From Nitrospirota bacterium (GTDB taxonomy: Bacteria > Nitrospirota > JACRHJ01), in contig JAJYHX010000004.1 in the NCBI GenBank assembly GCA_021784575.1, forward strand, positions 68,350 through 132,349: a stretch of DNA of 64,000 bases, given 5' to 3'. A program made the translations under genes and the position numbers. The notes under the pieces were generated by a model. The model was not told where the DNA came from, searched no databases, and worked only from the letters and a program-made list of their open reading frames with translations. Positions 18,744 to 27,439 of this stretch are shown in pieces. Within the stretch, counting starts at the first letter, position 1; each line of letters begins with the position of its first letter.

Positions 18744-19110
18744 ATTATATTTCCATTTTTGAAGAGTATTCTATATCTTGCCAGAGATGGGTGATTTTTT
18801 TAGAACTTTCTTTGATAGCGATTTTCCAAACTACGGGTGCGCAAAAAAGTTGTGAAAAGTTGGTATTCAAAGAGTCCCCACAATCCAATCAGCCATACGA
18901 GTTTTCAGAGCATTACGCGCGGGCGCGCGCGAGGATTTTCCCGGCATTATCGGCATGAATTTTGCGAACTGTATGCGCGCGGGCGCGCGAGAGGGCTGGG
19001 AGTTTTTTTGAACCGATAACGCGCGCGGGAAATTTTCAAAGCTATCTTTTTCTCTTGATTATTTAAATAATTTATGTTATTTTGATAATCAATCGAAGGG
19101 GGGGCGGAAT

Positions 19111-19260
19111 ATGAAGAGTTTTCTTTTAAGGAATCTACCGGACGAGGTTTTAAAGAACGTAAAGATTAAGGCCGCCGAAAAAGGCATTACCATGAGGGAC
19201 TTGATTTTGCTCTATATCGAAGAGGGATTAAGAAGGGAAGGCGCGCATGGCAAAGGCTAA
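19111..19260 (+). CDS. Ribbon-helix-helix (Arc/CopG-like) small DNA-binding protein
   Basis: 49 aa. Sequence MKSFLLRNLPDEVLKNVKIKAAEKGITMRDLILLYIEEGL. Below the ORF-track size cutoff. Overlaps the integrase start. Confidence 0.5.
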   Translation: MKSFLLRNLPDEVLKNVKIKAAEKGITMRDLILLYIEEGLRREGAHGKG

Positions 19261-20290
19261 AGGCATATTCAAGCGGGCCGGAAGTCCTTACTGGTGGATA
19301 CGCTATACCGGGGCGGACGGCAGGCAGAGAAAAGAGAGCGTAAAGACCACGCTCAAGACTGAAGCCGAATACCTGCTTGGAAAGCGGCGCAAAGAGGCAA
19401 TGGAAGGGATAATCCCGGACAGGAATAAAAAGGCCGTGTTATTCTCCGCCCTTGTAAAAGATTACCTTGTATGGGCCGAGCATCAGAGGGCCTTTGAAAG
19501 CAAGGAAATAAGGGCACAGCTTCTTATCAGAGAATTTGGAGATATACCCCTTCCTGCCTTTTCCACGAAGGCGGTTGAGCAATATCAGGCAAAGAGGATT
19601 AAGGAAGGGCGGAAACCGGCTACTGTCAATAAAGAATTGGCGCTTCTTAAGCATATGCTTCATAAGGCCGCCGAATGGGGGATGGTTTCGGAAGAGGCTA
19701 TAAAAGGGGCATTGAAAGTAAAGCTCCTGCAAGAAAATAACAGGCGGCTTAGATACCTGAGTAAAGAGGAATGCGGGGCCTTGATAAATAACTGCGCGCC
19801 TCATTTAAAACCAATGGTAGTTACAGCCCTGAATACCGGCATGAGGCGGGGGGAGATATTCGGGCTTACATGGGACAGGGTAGATTTAACGCATGGCTTT
19901 ATCCTGCTTCATACCTCAAAGAACGGAGAGCGGCGGGAGATACCGATTAACGGCACACTACGGGCACAGCTTCAGGAACTTGCTTTAAACAACGTGGACG
20001 GCCACGGGTTCGTTTTTCACGAGAAGGACGGTAAACCCTTTGGGAGTGTAAAAAACTCCTTTAAAGCGGCTTGCAGGAAGGCAGGGATAACAGATTTTCA
20101 CTTTCACGACCTCCGGCATACCTTTGCAAGCCATTTGATTATGGCGGGAGTTGACCTAACCACGGTCAAGGAACTTGTAGGCCACAAGGATATTAAAATG
20201 ACTTTGCGGTATGCTCACCTTGCGCCGTCTCATAAGGTGAAGGCCCTTGAAGTTCTTGACCAGGAAATGACGCTGAAAGTGGCGGTTTGA
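19247..20290 (+). CDS. int: Tyrosine site-specific integrase
   Basis: C-terminal catalytic signature HDLRHTFASHL...GHKDIKMTLRYAHL (R-H-R-Y). Adjacent to the tRNA. Confidence 0.9.
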   Translation: MAKAKGIFKRAGSPYWWIRYTGADGRQRKESVKTTLKTEAEYLLGKRRKEAMEGIIPDRNKKAVLFSALVKDYLVWAEHQRAFESKEIRAQLLIREFGDIPLPAFSTKAVEQYQAKRIKEGRKPATVNKELALLKHMLHKAAEWGMVSEEAIKGALKVKLLQENNRRLRYLSKEECGALINNCAPHLKPMVVTALNTGMRRGEIFGLTWDRVDLTHGFILLHTSKNGERREIPINGTLRAQLQELALNNVDGHGFVFHEKDGKPFGSVKNSFKAACRKAGITDFHFHDLRHTFASHLIMAGVDLTTVKELVGHKDIKMTLRYAHLAPSHKVKALEVLDQEMTLKVAV

Positions 20291-20295
20291 AAACA

Positions 20296-20319
20296 AATTA
20301 GCCCAAAATTAGCCCATTG
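20296..20319. repeat. TTAGCCCA direct repeats x2 (candidate arm-type sites, right end)
   Basis: AAATTAGCCCAAAATTAGCCCATTGAC, the same motif as at 9777-9812. Confidence 0.45.
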
Positions 20320-20363
20320 ACAGAAAAAGGGGTTACGGCCTAAGCTGTAACCCCTTGATTTTT

Positions 20364-20409
20364 ATGGTAGGCGATGCTGGGTTCGAACCAGCGACCCCTG
20401 CCGTGTGAA
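20364..20409. repeat. attR core: 3' 46 bp of the tRNA-Val gene (direct repeat of 9606-9651)
   Basis: Identical to the left repeat apart from one T/G difference. Confidence 0.8.
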
Positions 20410-20439
20410 GGCAGTGCTCTCCCGCTGAGCTAATCGCCC
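20365..20439 (-). tRNA. tRNA-Val (anticodon CAC), CCA encoded
   Basis: Reverse complement gives GGGCGATTAGCTCAGCGGGAGAGCACTGCCTTCACACGGCAGGGGTCGCTGGTTCGAACCCAGCATCGCCTACCA. Cloverleaf with TTCGAAC T-loop. Anticodon loop TTCACAC. Confidence 0.9.
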
Positions 20440-20536
20440 GTTACGTGTTAACTGATACCACAAAATACGTGCGCAAGTCAACAGCTTTCGGAAAATCGTT
20501 GCGGTCTCCGTATCTGTTGTGTTAGCATTATTTATA

Positions 20537-20713
20537 TGGAAAACGAAAAGCCGGGCGCAAGAGACATCGACAACGTGGCAAGGATACTTACCATGCTCCC
20601 CGCAGACGAGGCGCAGAAGGTAATCCGCGAGATAAAGAGGGAAAAAGACCCGGCGGGGAAGAAGCGCATCATCGAGCTTGCGCTTAAAAAGAAGGGGCTT
20701 AAACCGCTTTAGA
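20537..20713 (+). CDS. Small hypothetical protein (58 aa)
   Basis: MENEKPGARDIDNVARILTMLPADEAQKVIREIKREKDPAGKKRIIELALKKKGLKPL. Convergent with and overlapping the stop of the GAF gene. Confidence 0.3.
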
Positions 20714-21763
20714 GATAACGACCATTTCCTCGAATATCCCGTCGGGTAATTCCGGTCTTATGATTGATGTTGCGGCGGTCAGGCGGGCGCCCATTACGTC
20801 CACCTTCCTGGGAATGGCGAAAATTTTAGCGGCCACTTCCATCAATTCGCACTTCATGCATCGGTTCCGGATTTTTATTTCGTCACCCAGCCGCTTGCCG
20901 TCCGGGCAGCACCCTTCCCCGGAGTTCGCCCAGCACCTGGCAAAGTTCTTCATGCGCATGGGGCATATCCGGCTTTTGCAGTTCTTTATCTCCCAACACC
21001 TGCTGCCCGGCGGGGCCGGGGTGTTCCAGCCAAAGACAGCGTCGAGCGGCGGATAGCTTGCAAGTTCCTGAACGTATACCCCGGCAAGCTCGTTGAACCT
21101 GAGCGGCAGGTATTTCTCCACCGGCCTGTTCGTTTTCAGCACTCGTCCTTCAAAAGATATTATGACAATCCCGTCCTCCACGCCGTCGATTATGGCGTTC
21201 AACCTCTTCTGCTCCTTCATCATATCCTCTATGAAGCGCGCATTCTCGATTGCCGCCGCCGCATAGCCCGCAAGCCTGTCGAGCTCCGCCCTGTCCGCGT
21301 CCGTGAAGGGCGGGCCGTCCCGGTAGGCCGACAGTCCTCCTATCACCTTTCCGCGCGCTATAAGCGGGGCCAGCGCGGCGGTATTGTAGCCAAGATCCAT
21401 GGCAAGGTCTTTTGAGACACGGATGTCTTCAGCCAGGTTTTCGCACAGGATGGATTTTCTGTTATCCATGACCCAGCAGCAGAGTCCTGAGTTTTCGACG
21501 GGGATATGCGTGTCCGGGAATTTGTCGCTGTTCCTGCCGCACACGTGTCCGTAGTGGACTTTCAGGTTGTCCGCGGACAGGAGCGGCACGGCCACGGTAT
21601 CCGCCCGGACAAGGCGGGCGGCGGTCTGCGCGATTACACATGCGAGCCTCGCCGGGTTCGACCCTTCGGCAAAAAGCCGCAGACTAATCTCGTCTTCGTA
21701 TTGCCCGCTCCGTCCCTCAGGCTCGTTTTCCATAGGGTTCCAATCCCCGAGGCCTACAAACAA
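20699..21763 (-). CDS. GAF-domain protein with C-terminal 8-Cys cluster
   Basis: GAF-like core. C-terminal CWEIKNCKSRICP...CWANSGEGCCPDG...CMKC suggests metal or FeS binding. Confidence 0.65.
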   Translation of the reverse strand: MFVGLGDWNPMENEPEGRSGQYEDEISLRLFAEGSNPARLACVIAQTAARLVRADTVAVPLLSADNLKVHYGHVCGRNSDKFPDTHIPVENSGLCCWVMDNRKSILCENLAEDIRVSKDLAMDLGYNTAALAPLIARGKVIGGLSAYRDGPPFTDADRAELDRLAGYAAAAIENARFIEDMMKEQKRLNAIIDGVEDGIVIISFEGRVLKTNRPVEKYLPLRFNELAGVYVQELASYPPLDAVFGWNTPAPPGSRCWEIKNCKSRICPMRMKNFARCWANSGEGCCPDGKRLGDEIKIRNRCMKCELMEVAAKIFAIPRKVDVMGARLTAATSIIRPELPDGIFEEMVVISKAV

Positions 21764-22065
21764 CTTTACTTACATTATACTTCCATGACATGAGCATGTC
21801 AACATCTTAAAAATAAATGCTTGAAATTTTTTTGTAGAATCTATATAATATAGCCCGAAAGTGTTAGCCGAGGTTTAAGAAGAGTCTTTTCGTTGTTTAA
21901 AATCAACGGGTTGGTTTTTGAAAAGCACTCCTGCTTAGGCATATCGGCAACCTCTTCCGAATCATAAAATAAGTAAAACCCGCCCAATGCGGGTTGAAAA
22001 AAACCGGAAGATAGGGTAAAATAATTTTTATTAAACAGCAGCAACCAAAAAGAAAGTGGTGAAAA

Positions 22066-22491
22066 ATGACGAACAATCTGATCTACCAGGAAATCGGCAA
22101 GAGAATTCGGGAACTCCGCGGGAACGACAGACAGAAGGACTGGGCATCCAGGATAGGGTGCGACCAGGGATACATCTCCCAGGTCGAGAACGGCGTAACG
22201 AAGCCTTCGCTCGCATTCCTAAAGAGCATCTCCGGCATGACCAGCGCGAGCATCGACTGGATACTGACCGGCAGGGGCGACAGGCAGTCCGGCTTCAAGA
22301 GCTATTCCGCGCCTTATTCCGCTCCGTCCGGCGAAGAGACCATCCAGAAACTCAAGGACAACCCGAAGCTCCTGCTCGCGGTAGACAAGCTCCTCCGCAT
22401 GAAGGGCACCGGGATGGGCGTCCTTGAGGCCTTCTACGAAATGGACGAGATGAAGATAGAGGGGCTTGCCGAATTCATCGGGGCAAAGTAG
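22066..22491 (+). CDS. XRE-family HTH transcriptional regulator
   Basis: IGKRIRELRGNDRQKDWASRIGCDQGYISQVENG is a classic Cro/C1-type HTH. Confidence 0.8.
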   Translation: MTNNLIYQEIGKRIRELRGNDRQKDWASRIGCDQGYISQVENGVTKPSLAFLKSISGMTSASIDWILTGRGDRQSGFKSYSAPYSAPSGEETIQKLKDNPKLLLAVDKLLRMKGTGMGVLEAFYEMDEMKIEGLAEFIGAK

Positions 22492-22574
22492 TTACTTTTC
22501 TTTCGGGTGAAAGAAAAGTAACCAAAAGAAAGTCAGACTGGGGGCCATCCGGCGCGAGCTGGACGGCCCGTTTT
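22491..22574. terminator. Two hairpins between convergent genes (perfect 14-bp stem, then a GC-rich stem with T-run)
   Basis: GTTACTTTTCTTTC-GGGT-GAAAGAAAAGTAAC, then GGGCCATCC...GGACGGCCC followed by GTTTTC. Confidence 0.45.
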
Positions 22575-23758
22575 CATCCCGCCTGCACAAGAGCGCATTT
22601 CAGGTATTCCGTCTCCGGCGCGGCGAGGAGGACGGGGTGGTCTTTCGACTGGGAGCGCATCTCGATTATGCGGGCCGCTCTCGCGGCCGTTGCCGCGCCT
22701 GCGCGCAGTGTATCAAGGAAGTCTTCCCGGCTCAAGTGATGGGAGCAGGAACAGGTTATCAGGAACCCGCCCGGCCTGACAATCCTCAGGCACCCGGCGT
22801 TAAGCTCCCTGTAGCCCCGCAGTCCTTCGGCCATTTTCTGCCGGCTCTTTATGAATGCGGGCGGGTCCGCCACTACCACGTCGAATCTCCTGCCCTCGTC
22901 TGCAAATCTCTTCAGGGCCGTGAGCGCGTCTTCCCGGACGAATTCCGCTTTGCCCCGGACGCCGTTTAACTCCGCGTTCTCCCCCGCCATCGCAAGCGCG
23001 CGCTCGGACGAATCCACGAATACCGCACTCGATGCCCCGGCAAGGAGCGCCGAGATTCCCCACGCGCCGGTGTGGCAGAAGAGGTCTGTTACTTCCGCGC
23101 CACCGGAGATGTTTTCAAGCATGGAGTAATTGTCCGCCTGGTCGAGGAAGAACCCGGTCTTCTGGCCTTCGAGCAGGTCTGCGCGCACACTTAGGCCGCA
23201 CAAATCTATCAATACCGGCCCGGCATATTCCCCGTATACGATCTTCTTTTCTATCTGAAGGCCCTCCAGCGCCCGGAGCTTAGAGTCGTTCCGGAGGACT
23301 ATTCCGGCGGGGTTATAAACCTCTTTCAGCGCGTCCAGGACATCCGGCAGGAGCCGCTCCATCCCCTGAGTCGATACCTGCACGCAGAGCCAGTCCCCGT
23401 ATTTATCGACGATAAGCCCCGGCAGGAAATCGGCCTCGGAATATACCGCGCGCCAGGAGCCGGTAGACCGGCTTCGGCCGGGATAGAAGCGTTCCCGGAG
23501 CGCCTTTGCGTCCTCGATTCGTTTTTTCAGGAGGTTGGCCGTGAAAGGCTCTTCACCGCGCGTGAGGAGCCGGACGGCAATCAGCGTGTGCGGGTTCGCG
23601 TATCCCTCGCCGACGATGCGCCCGGCATAATCGGCCACGCGAACAATCTCGCCCGGAACCAGCCCGCGCGGGATCTCCTCGAACTCGTTCGAGAACGCCC
23701 ACGGGTGCCCCCGGCGTATGCGGCGGTCTTCCTTCTTTTTAAGGCGCAGGGTTTTCAT
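22574..23758 (-). CDS. rlmI: Class I SAM-dependent rRNA (m5C) methyltransferase, RlmI-like with PUA domain
   Basis: Starts MKTLRLKKKEDRRIRRGHPWAF, a PUA-like N-terminus. Rossmann methyltransferase core follows. The ORF-track N-terminal extension would overlap the upstream gene. Confidence 0.8.
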   Translation of the reverse strand: MKTLRLKKKEDRRIRRGHPWAFSNEFEEIPRGLVPGEIVRVADYAGRIVGEGYANPHTLIAVRLLTRGEEPFTANLLKKRIEDAKALRERFYPGRSRSTGSWRAVYSEADFLPGLIVDKYGDWLCVQVSTQGMERLLPDVLDALKEVYNPAGIVLRNDSKLRALEGLQIEKKIVYGEYAGPVLIDLCGLSVRADLLEGQKTGFFLDQADNYSMLENISGGAEVTDLFCHTGAWGISALLAGASSAVFVDSSERALAMAGENAELNGVRGKAEFVREDALTALKRFADEGRRFDVVVADPPAFIKSRQKMAEGLRGYRELNAGCLRIVRPGGFLITCSCSHHLSREDFLDTLRAGAATAARAARIIEMRSQSKDHPVLLAAPETEYLKCALVQAG

Positions 23759-23774
23759 ATCCGCCTTGCGCCCA

Positions 23775-24920
23775 CTACTCCCGCACCTCGACGTATGTCT
23801 TGTCCCGGAGGCCCCGTATCCACCTGGCGTAGAGTTTCTCGCCCTCTTTCGACGAAAGCCTGTCCACAATCTCCGGCCTCGCGTCGTCGAGGGTCTCCGT
23901 AGAGCCGCCGGTCTTCTTCATCACCTTTATGAGTTGGTATCCCTTGTCGGATTTTATCGGCTGGCTGACGTCTCCCGCCTTCATGCCGAACGCGGCGGCC
24001 TCGACGTCCGGGGCGAGTTCGCCCTTGCCGAACGTGCCAAGGACGCAGGTCTTCGCGGCGTCCTTGTCGCCTGAGCACTTCACCGCCATGTCCTCGAAAG
24101 ACGTCCCCTTCATAATCTCCGCCCGCGCCGCATCCGCGGCCTTTTTCGCCGCGTCCATGTCGCCGTCCTTCGCCGGGAACATTATATGCGCCACTTCCAC
24201 GGATGCGGGGTGAACGAACCGGGACTTGTGCCCGTTGTAATATTTTACGATGTCCGCGTCCTTTACGGTTATCCTCGACTTTACGTCCCTGGCGACAAGC
24301 CGCATTATCGTAAGCTGGTCCCGGAGGGTTTTGCGGTATTCGGCGGTGTCGTATCCCTCCTGCTCCAGCGCGGCCTCGAAGGCGGCCTTGTCCATGTGGT
24401 TCTTCGTCATTATGTCGTTGATTGCGTTATCGACCTCTTCCTTAGATACCTCCACCCCCTCGGCCTTCGCCTCCTGGAGCTCCAGGTATTTGTCTATCAG
24501 GGAGTTGATTGTCGCCTTAAGAAGCCTCTCCTTGGCAATGTCGAGCTTCTCGCCCACGTAGCGCTGGTTAAGCTCATCGAGCTTCTGCGCCATCTGCATC
24601 TGTATCTCGCTCAAGGTTATCACGTCCTGCCCCACCACCGCGACAACCCGGTCAATCTCCGTCGGCCCCGCGCCCCCCGACGCCCCGGTTGTCCCGGTTG
24701 TCTCGGTTATTCCGGTTGTCTCGGTTATTCCGGTTGTCTCGGTTACTCCGGTTGTCCCGGTTGTCCCGGCTGCCCCGGTTGTCTCGGTTACTCCGGTTGT
24801 CCCGGCTGTCCCCGTTGCTCCGGCTGTCCCGGTTGTCCCGGTTGTCCCGGCTGCTCCGGCCGTGGAGACGTAAAATACGACCGGCAGGATTACCGCCATG
24901 AAAAGGCTCGTTTTTTTCAT
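23775..24920 (-). CDS. SurA/PrsA-like parvulin peptidyl-prolyl isomerase with Thr/Gly-rich repetitive linker
   Basis: Signal peptide [21 protein letters not shown]. (T/A)G(T/A) repeats. SurA N-terminal chaperone-like region. PpiC-type parvulin domain at the C-terminus. Confidence 0.75.
   Translation of the reverse strand: MKKTSLFMAVILPVVFYVSTAGAAGTTGTTGTAGATGTAGTTGVTETTGAAGTTGTTGVTETTGITETTGITETTGTTGASGGAGPTEIDRVVAVVGQDVITLSEIQMQMAQKLDELNQRYVGEKLDIAKERLLKATINSLIDKYLELQEAKAEGVEVSKEEVDNAINDIMTKNHMDKAAFEAALEQEGYDTAEYRKTLRDQLTIMRLVARDVKSRITVKDADIVKYYNGHKSRFVHPASVEVAHIMFPAKDGDMDAAKKAADAARAEIMKGTSFEDMAVKCSGDKDAAKTCVLGTFGKGELAPDVEAAAFGMKAGDVSQPIKSDKGYQLIKVMKKTGGSTETLDDARPEIVDRLSSKEGEKLYARWIRGLRDKTYVEVRE
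24686..24862. repeat. Tandem 9/18-bp DNA repeats (GGTTGTCYCGGTTAYTCC) encoding the TTG/TETTGI linker
   Basis: About 10 imperfect tandem units within the surA-like CDS. Confidence 0.8.
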
Positions 24921-25188
24921 CTGGAACACCTTCCGAAAATAGACTTTCATGCATGAAAAACTTCCGAAAAGATAACATAAAACATGCGGACAAGGCAAGC
25001 AATATCGTCCGCCACGCCCGGACGGTGTTGAACGGGGGCCCGGTGACTTTCAAAGTCGCCGGGTTCCCGCTGGAGCCTGCCACGGTATGCTTAAAGCCGG
25101 GGCTGGAATGACGGGCGGGGCGTGAACGGCATATGGGGCGCGAGAGATACGTCTTGAACGGTCTTTTTAATTCTGCTACAGTATCGCC

Positions 25189-26205
25189 ATGAAAAAGATA
25201 CTCTGCCTGCTCGTATGCCTGTTTGCCGTTTGCTCCTGCTCCGGGGGAAACGGCCTTTACACCGAGACGCGCGTTATAATGGGGACGTATGTAACCATCA
25301 CGCTGAACCGGAGCGGCAAGACGAATGACGAGCTTGTGAAGGCCTCGGCGGACGCCTTCGCCCGGATTACGAAGGTGGACGACCTCATGAGCACCTACAA
25401 GCCCATGTCCAACTTAAGCAGAATAAACGCAAATTCCGGCATCGCCCCCTTCCCGGCGGACCCGGAGGTCATAGAGAACATACAGGACGCCTCGTATGTC
25501 TCCAGGCTCACCGGCGGGGCGTTCGACATTACCGTCGGGCCCCTGGTAAAGGCGTGGGAGATAGGCTCGAAGGGTGCGCACGTGCCGTCGCCCGGGACGA
25601 TAAAGAAGGCTCTCGCCCTCGTGGGCTGGCGGAATATCGTCGTGGACAAGAAGGCCGGGACGGTCTTCCTTACGAAGCGCGGCGCGTCCATCGACCTCGG
25701 CGCCATAGCAAAGGGATACGCATCGGACAGGGCCGCCGTGGCGCTGCTGGAGGACGGCATAAAGGGCGGGATTGTCGCCTGCGCCGGGGACATAAAAACC
25801 TTCGGCGTGAAGCCGGACGGCTCCGCCTGGACCGTCGGGATACAGAACCCGCGAGGGCCTGAGGGCGATGTCATTGCAAAGCTTCCGCTTACTGACACGG
25901 CAATCTCCACCTCCGGAGACTACGAGCGTTTCTTCATCAAGGACGGCAAGCACTACTGCCACATCATGGACCCGCATACGGGGTATCCCGCAAGCGGGCT
26001 CATGAGCGTTACGGTTCTGGCCAAGGATTCCTGGCTTGCGGATTCAATGGGGACGGCGCTTTTCGTCCTCGGGCCGAAGAAGGCGTACGCCCTTGCGCTC
26101 AAACACCCGGAGCTCGAAGTCCTGATGATAACGGATTCGGGCAAGGTTCTCGCCACGGGGCGATTCAGGGGGATGAAGATTGCGCCGCCGGCAGGAGCCG
26201 GGTAA
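25189..26205 (+). CDS. apbE: FAD:protein FMN transferase (ApbE family) lipoprotein
   Basis: Lipobox LFAVCSC. ApbE-family conserved blocks (GAIAKGYASD, TSGDYERF). Confidence 0.85.
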   Translation: MKKILCLLVCLFAVCSCSGGNGLYTETRVIMGTYVTITLNRSGKTNDELVKASADAFARITKVDDLMSTYKPMSNLSRINANSGIAPFPADPEVIENIQDASYVSRLTGGAFDITVGPLVKAWEIGSKGAHVPSPGTIKKALALVGWRNIVVDKKAGTVFLTKRGASIDLGAIAKGYASDRAAVALLEDGIKGGIVACAGDIKTFGVKPDGSAWTVGIQNPRGPEGDVIAKLPLTDTAISTSGDYERFFIKDGKHYCHIMDPHTGYPASGLMSVTVLAKDSWLADSMGTALFVLGPKKAYALALKHPELEVLMITDSGKVLATGRFRGMKIAPPAGAG

Positions 26206-26207
26206 AT

Positions 26208-27422
26208 TTGGATACCGCCACCGTCCTTACGGTATTTTGCATTGTCTATATCGGCATGTTCCTGGGCGAGATCCCGGGGCTGAAGCTCGACCGCACGGGG
26301 ATTGCGCTCCTCGGGGCGATTGCGCTCATAGCTTCGGGAGAGATGACGCCCAGGGCGGCGTGGGACAGCGTCAACGTCTCCGCCATCTCGCTTCTTCTGG
26401 GCCTGATGGTCGTGTCGGCGCAGTTCAAGCTGGGCGGTTTTTATACTCTTGTTACAAGGCGGCTCGCAAATGCCGAAGTCCCGCCTCAGGCGCTTCTCGC
26501 CATGCTCATCGGCGTGTCCGGGCTTCTCTCCGCGCTCCTTGTAAACGACGTCGTATGCCTCGCCGTAACGCCGCTTCTCATCGAGGGCTGCGCGAAGCGC
26601 GGTCTTGACCCCGTCCCGTTCCTTCTTGCGCTGGCGTGTTCGGCCAATATCGGCTCCGCGGCCACGTTAATCGGCAACCCGCAGAACATGCTTATCGGCC
26701 AGGTCCTGAGGCTTTCGTTCACGGGCTATCTCGGTTTTTCGCTCATCCCCGCTATAGCCGGCCTCGGCGCGGTCTGGCTCGTCGTTTTCCTTTTATACAG
26801 GAACAGATGGCAGAAGGAGACCGCGCTTTCGGAGGTCTATGAGCCGGAGCTCAACCGGTGGCAGAGCGTGAAGGGGGTAATGGTGCTGGCCGCGCTCGTC
26901 ATTGCGTTTCTCTTCACGCCGTGGCCGCGCGACACCCTCGCCCTCGCCGCCGCGGGCTTTCTGCTGACAAGCAGAAAAACGTCCACGCGGGACGTGCTGG
27001 GGCTGGTTGACTGGCAGATAATCGTGTTGTTTATCGGGCTTTTCGTCGTGAACAGCGCGTTCGACAAATCGGGCCTCCTGGCAAGCGCAATGTCTGAGGC
27101 GCGCGCCCACGGCCTCGACACGGCCAATCCCGCCACGCTCTTCGGCGCCACGGTGATACTCTCCAACCTCGTCTCCAACGTTCCCGCCGTGATGCTCCTC
27201 CTGCACACGGCGTCCCATCCGCTCTCAGGGCCGATACTCGCGCTCGCCAGCACGCTTGCCGGGAACCTCCTGATTGTCGGGAGTATCGCCAATATAATAG
27301 TCGTGGACCTCGCAAAACGCGCCGGGGTAAGCATTACCTGGCGCGAGCACGCCAGGGCGGGCATACCCGTCACCGTCGCCACGCTGTCCTTCGCCGGCGC
27401 ATGGCTGTGGATAATGTCATAA
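26208..27422 (+). CDS. ArsB/NhaD-superfamily anion permease
   Basis: 404 aa polytopic membrane protein. Duplicated hairpin-loop motifs typical of ArsB/NhaD/SLC13-like permeases. Confidence 0.7.
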   Translation: MDTATVLTVFCIVYIGMFLGEIPGLKLDRTGIALLGAIALIASGEMTPRAAWDSVNVSAISLLLGLMVVSAQFKLGGFYTLVTRRLANAEVPPQALLAMLIGVSGLLSALLVNDVVCLAVTPLLIEGCAKRGLDPVPFLLALACSANIGSAATLIGNPQNMLIGQVLRLSFTGYLGFSLIPAIAGLGAVWLVVFLLYRNRWQKETALSEVYEPELNRWQSVKGVMVLAALVIAFLFTPWPRDTLALAAAGFLLTSRKTSTRDVLGLVDWQIIVLFIGLFVVNSAFDKSGLLASAMSEARAHGLDTANPATLFGATVILSNLVSNVPAVMLLLHTASHPLSGPILALASTLAGNLLIVGSIANIIVVDLAKRAGVSITWREHARAGIPVTVATLSFAGAWLWIMS

Positions 27423-27439
27423 GCCTCGCGGCGGGAGTT

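Larger units (their letters stand above)
9606..20409. mobile_element. ~10.8-kb integrative genomic island inserted at tRNA-Val (defence and toxin-antitoxin cargo)
   Basis: Flanked by 46-bp direct repeats. Tyrosine integrase adjacent to the intact tRNA. AlpA-like excisionase present. Lower GC than the flanking DNA. Cargo is a Type III R-M pair plus a GNAT toxin-antitoxin pair. Confidence 0.75.

Noticed and set aside
18837-19019. 60-aa ORF-track call in the island
   Set aside because: It is built across the GC-rich CGCGCGGGCGCGCG repeats with Arg/Gly-rich composition and no ribosome-binding site. More likely non-coding repeat DNA.
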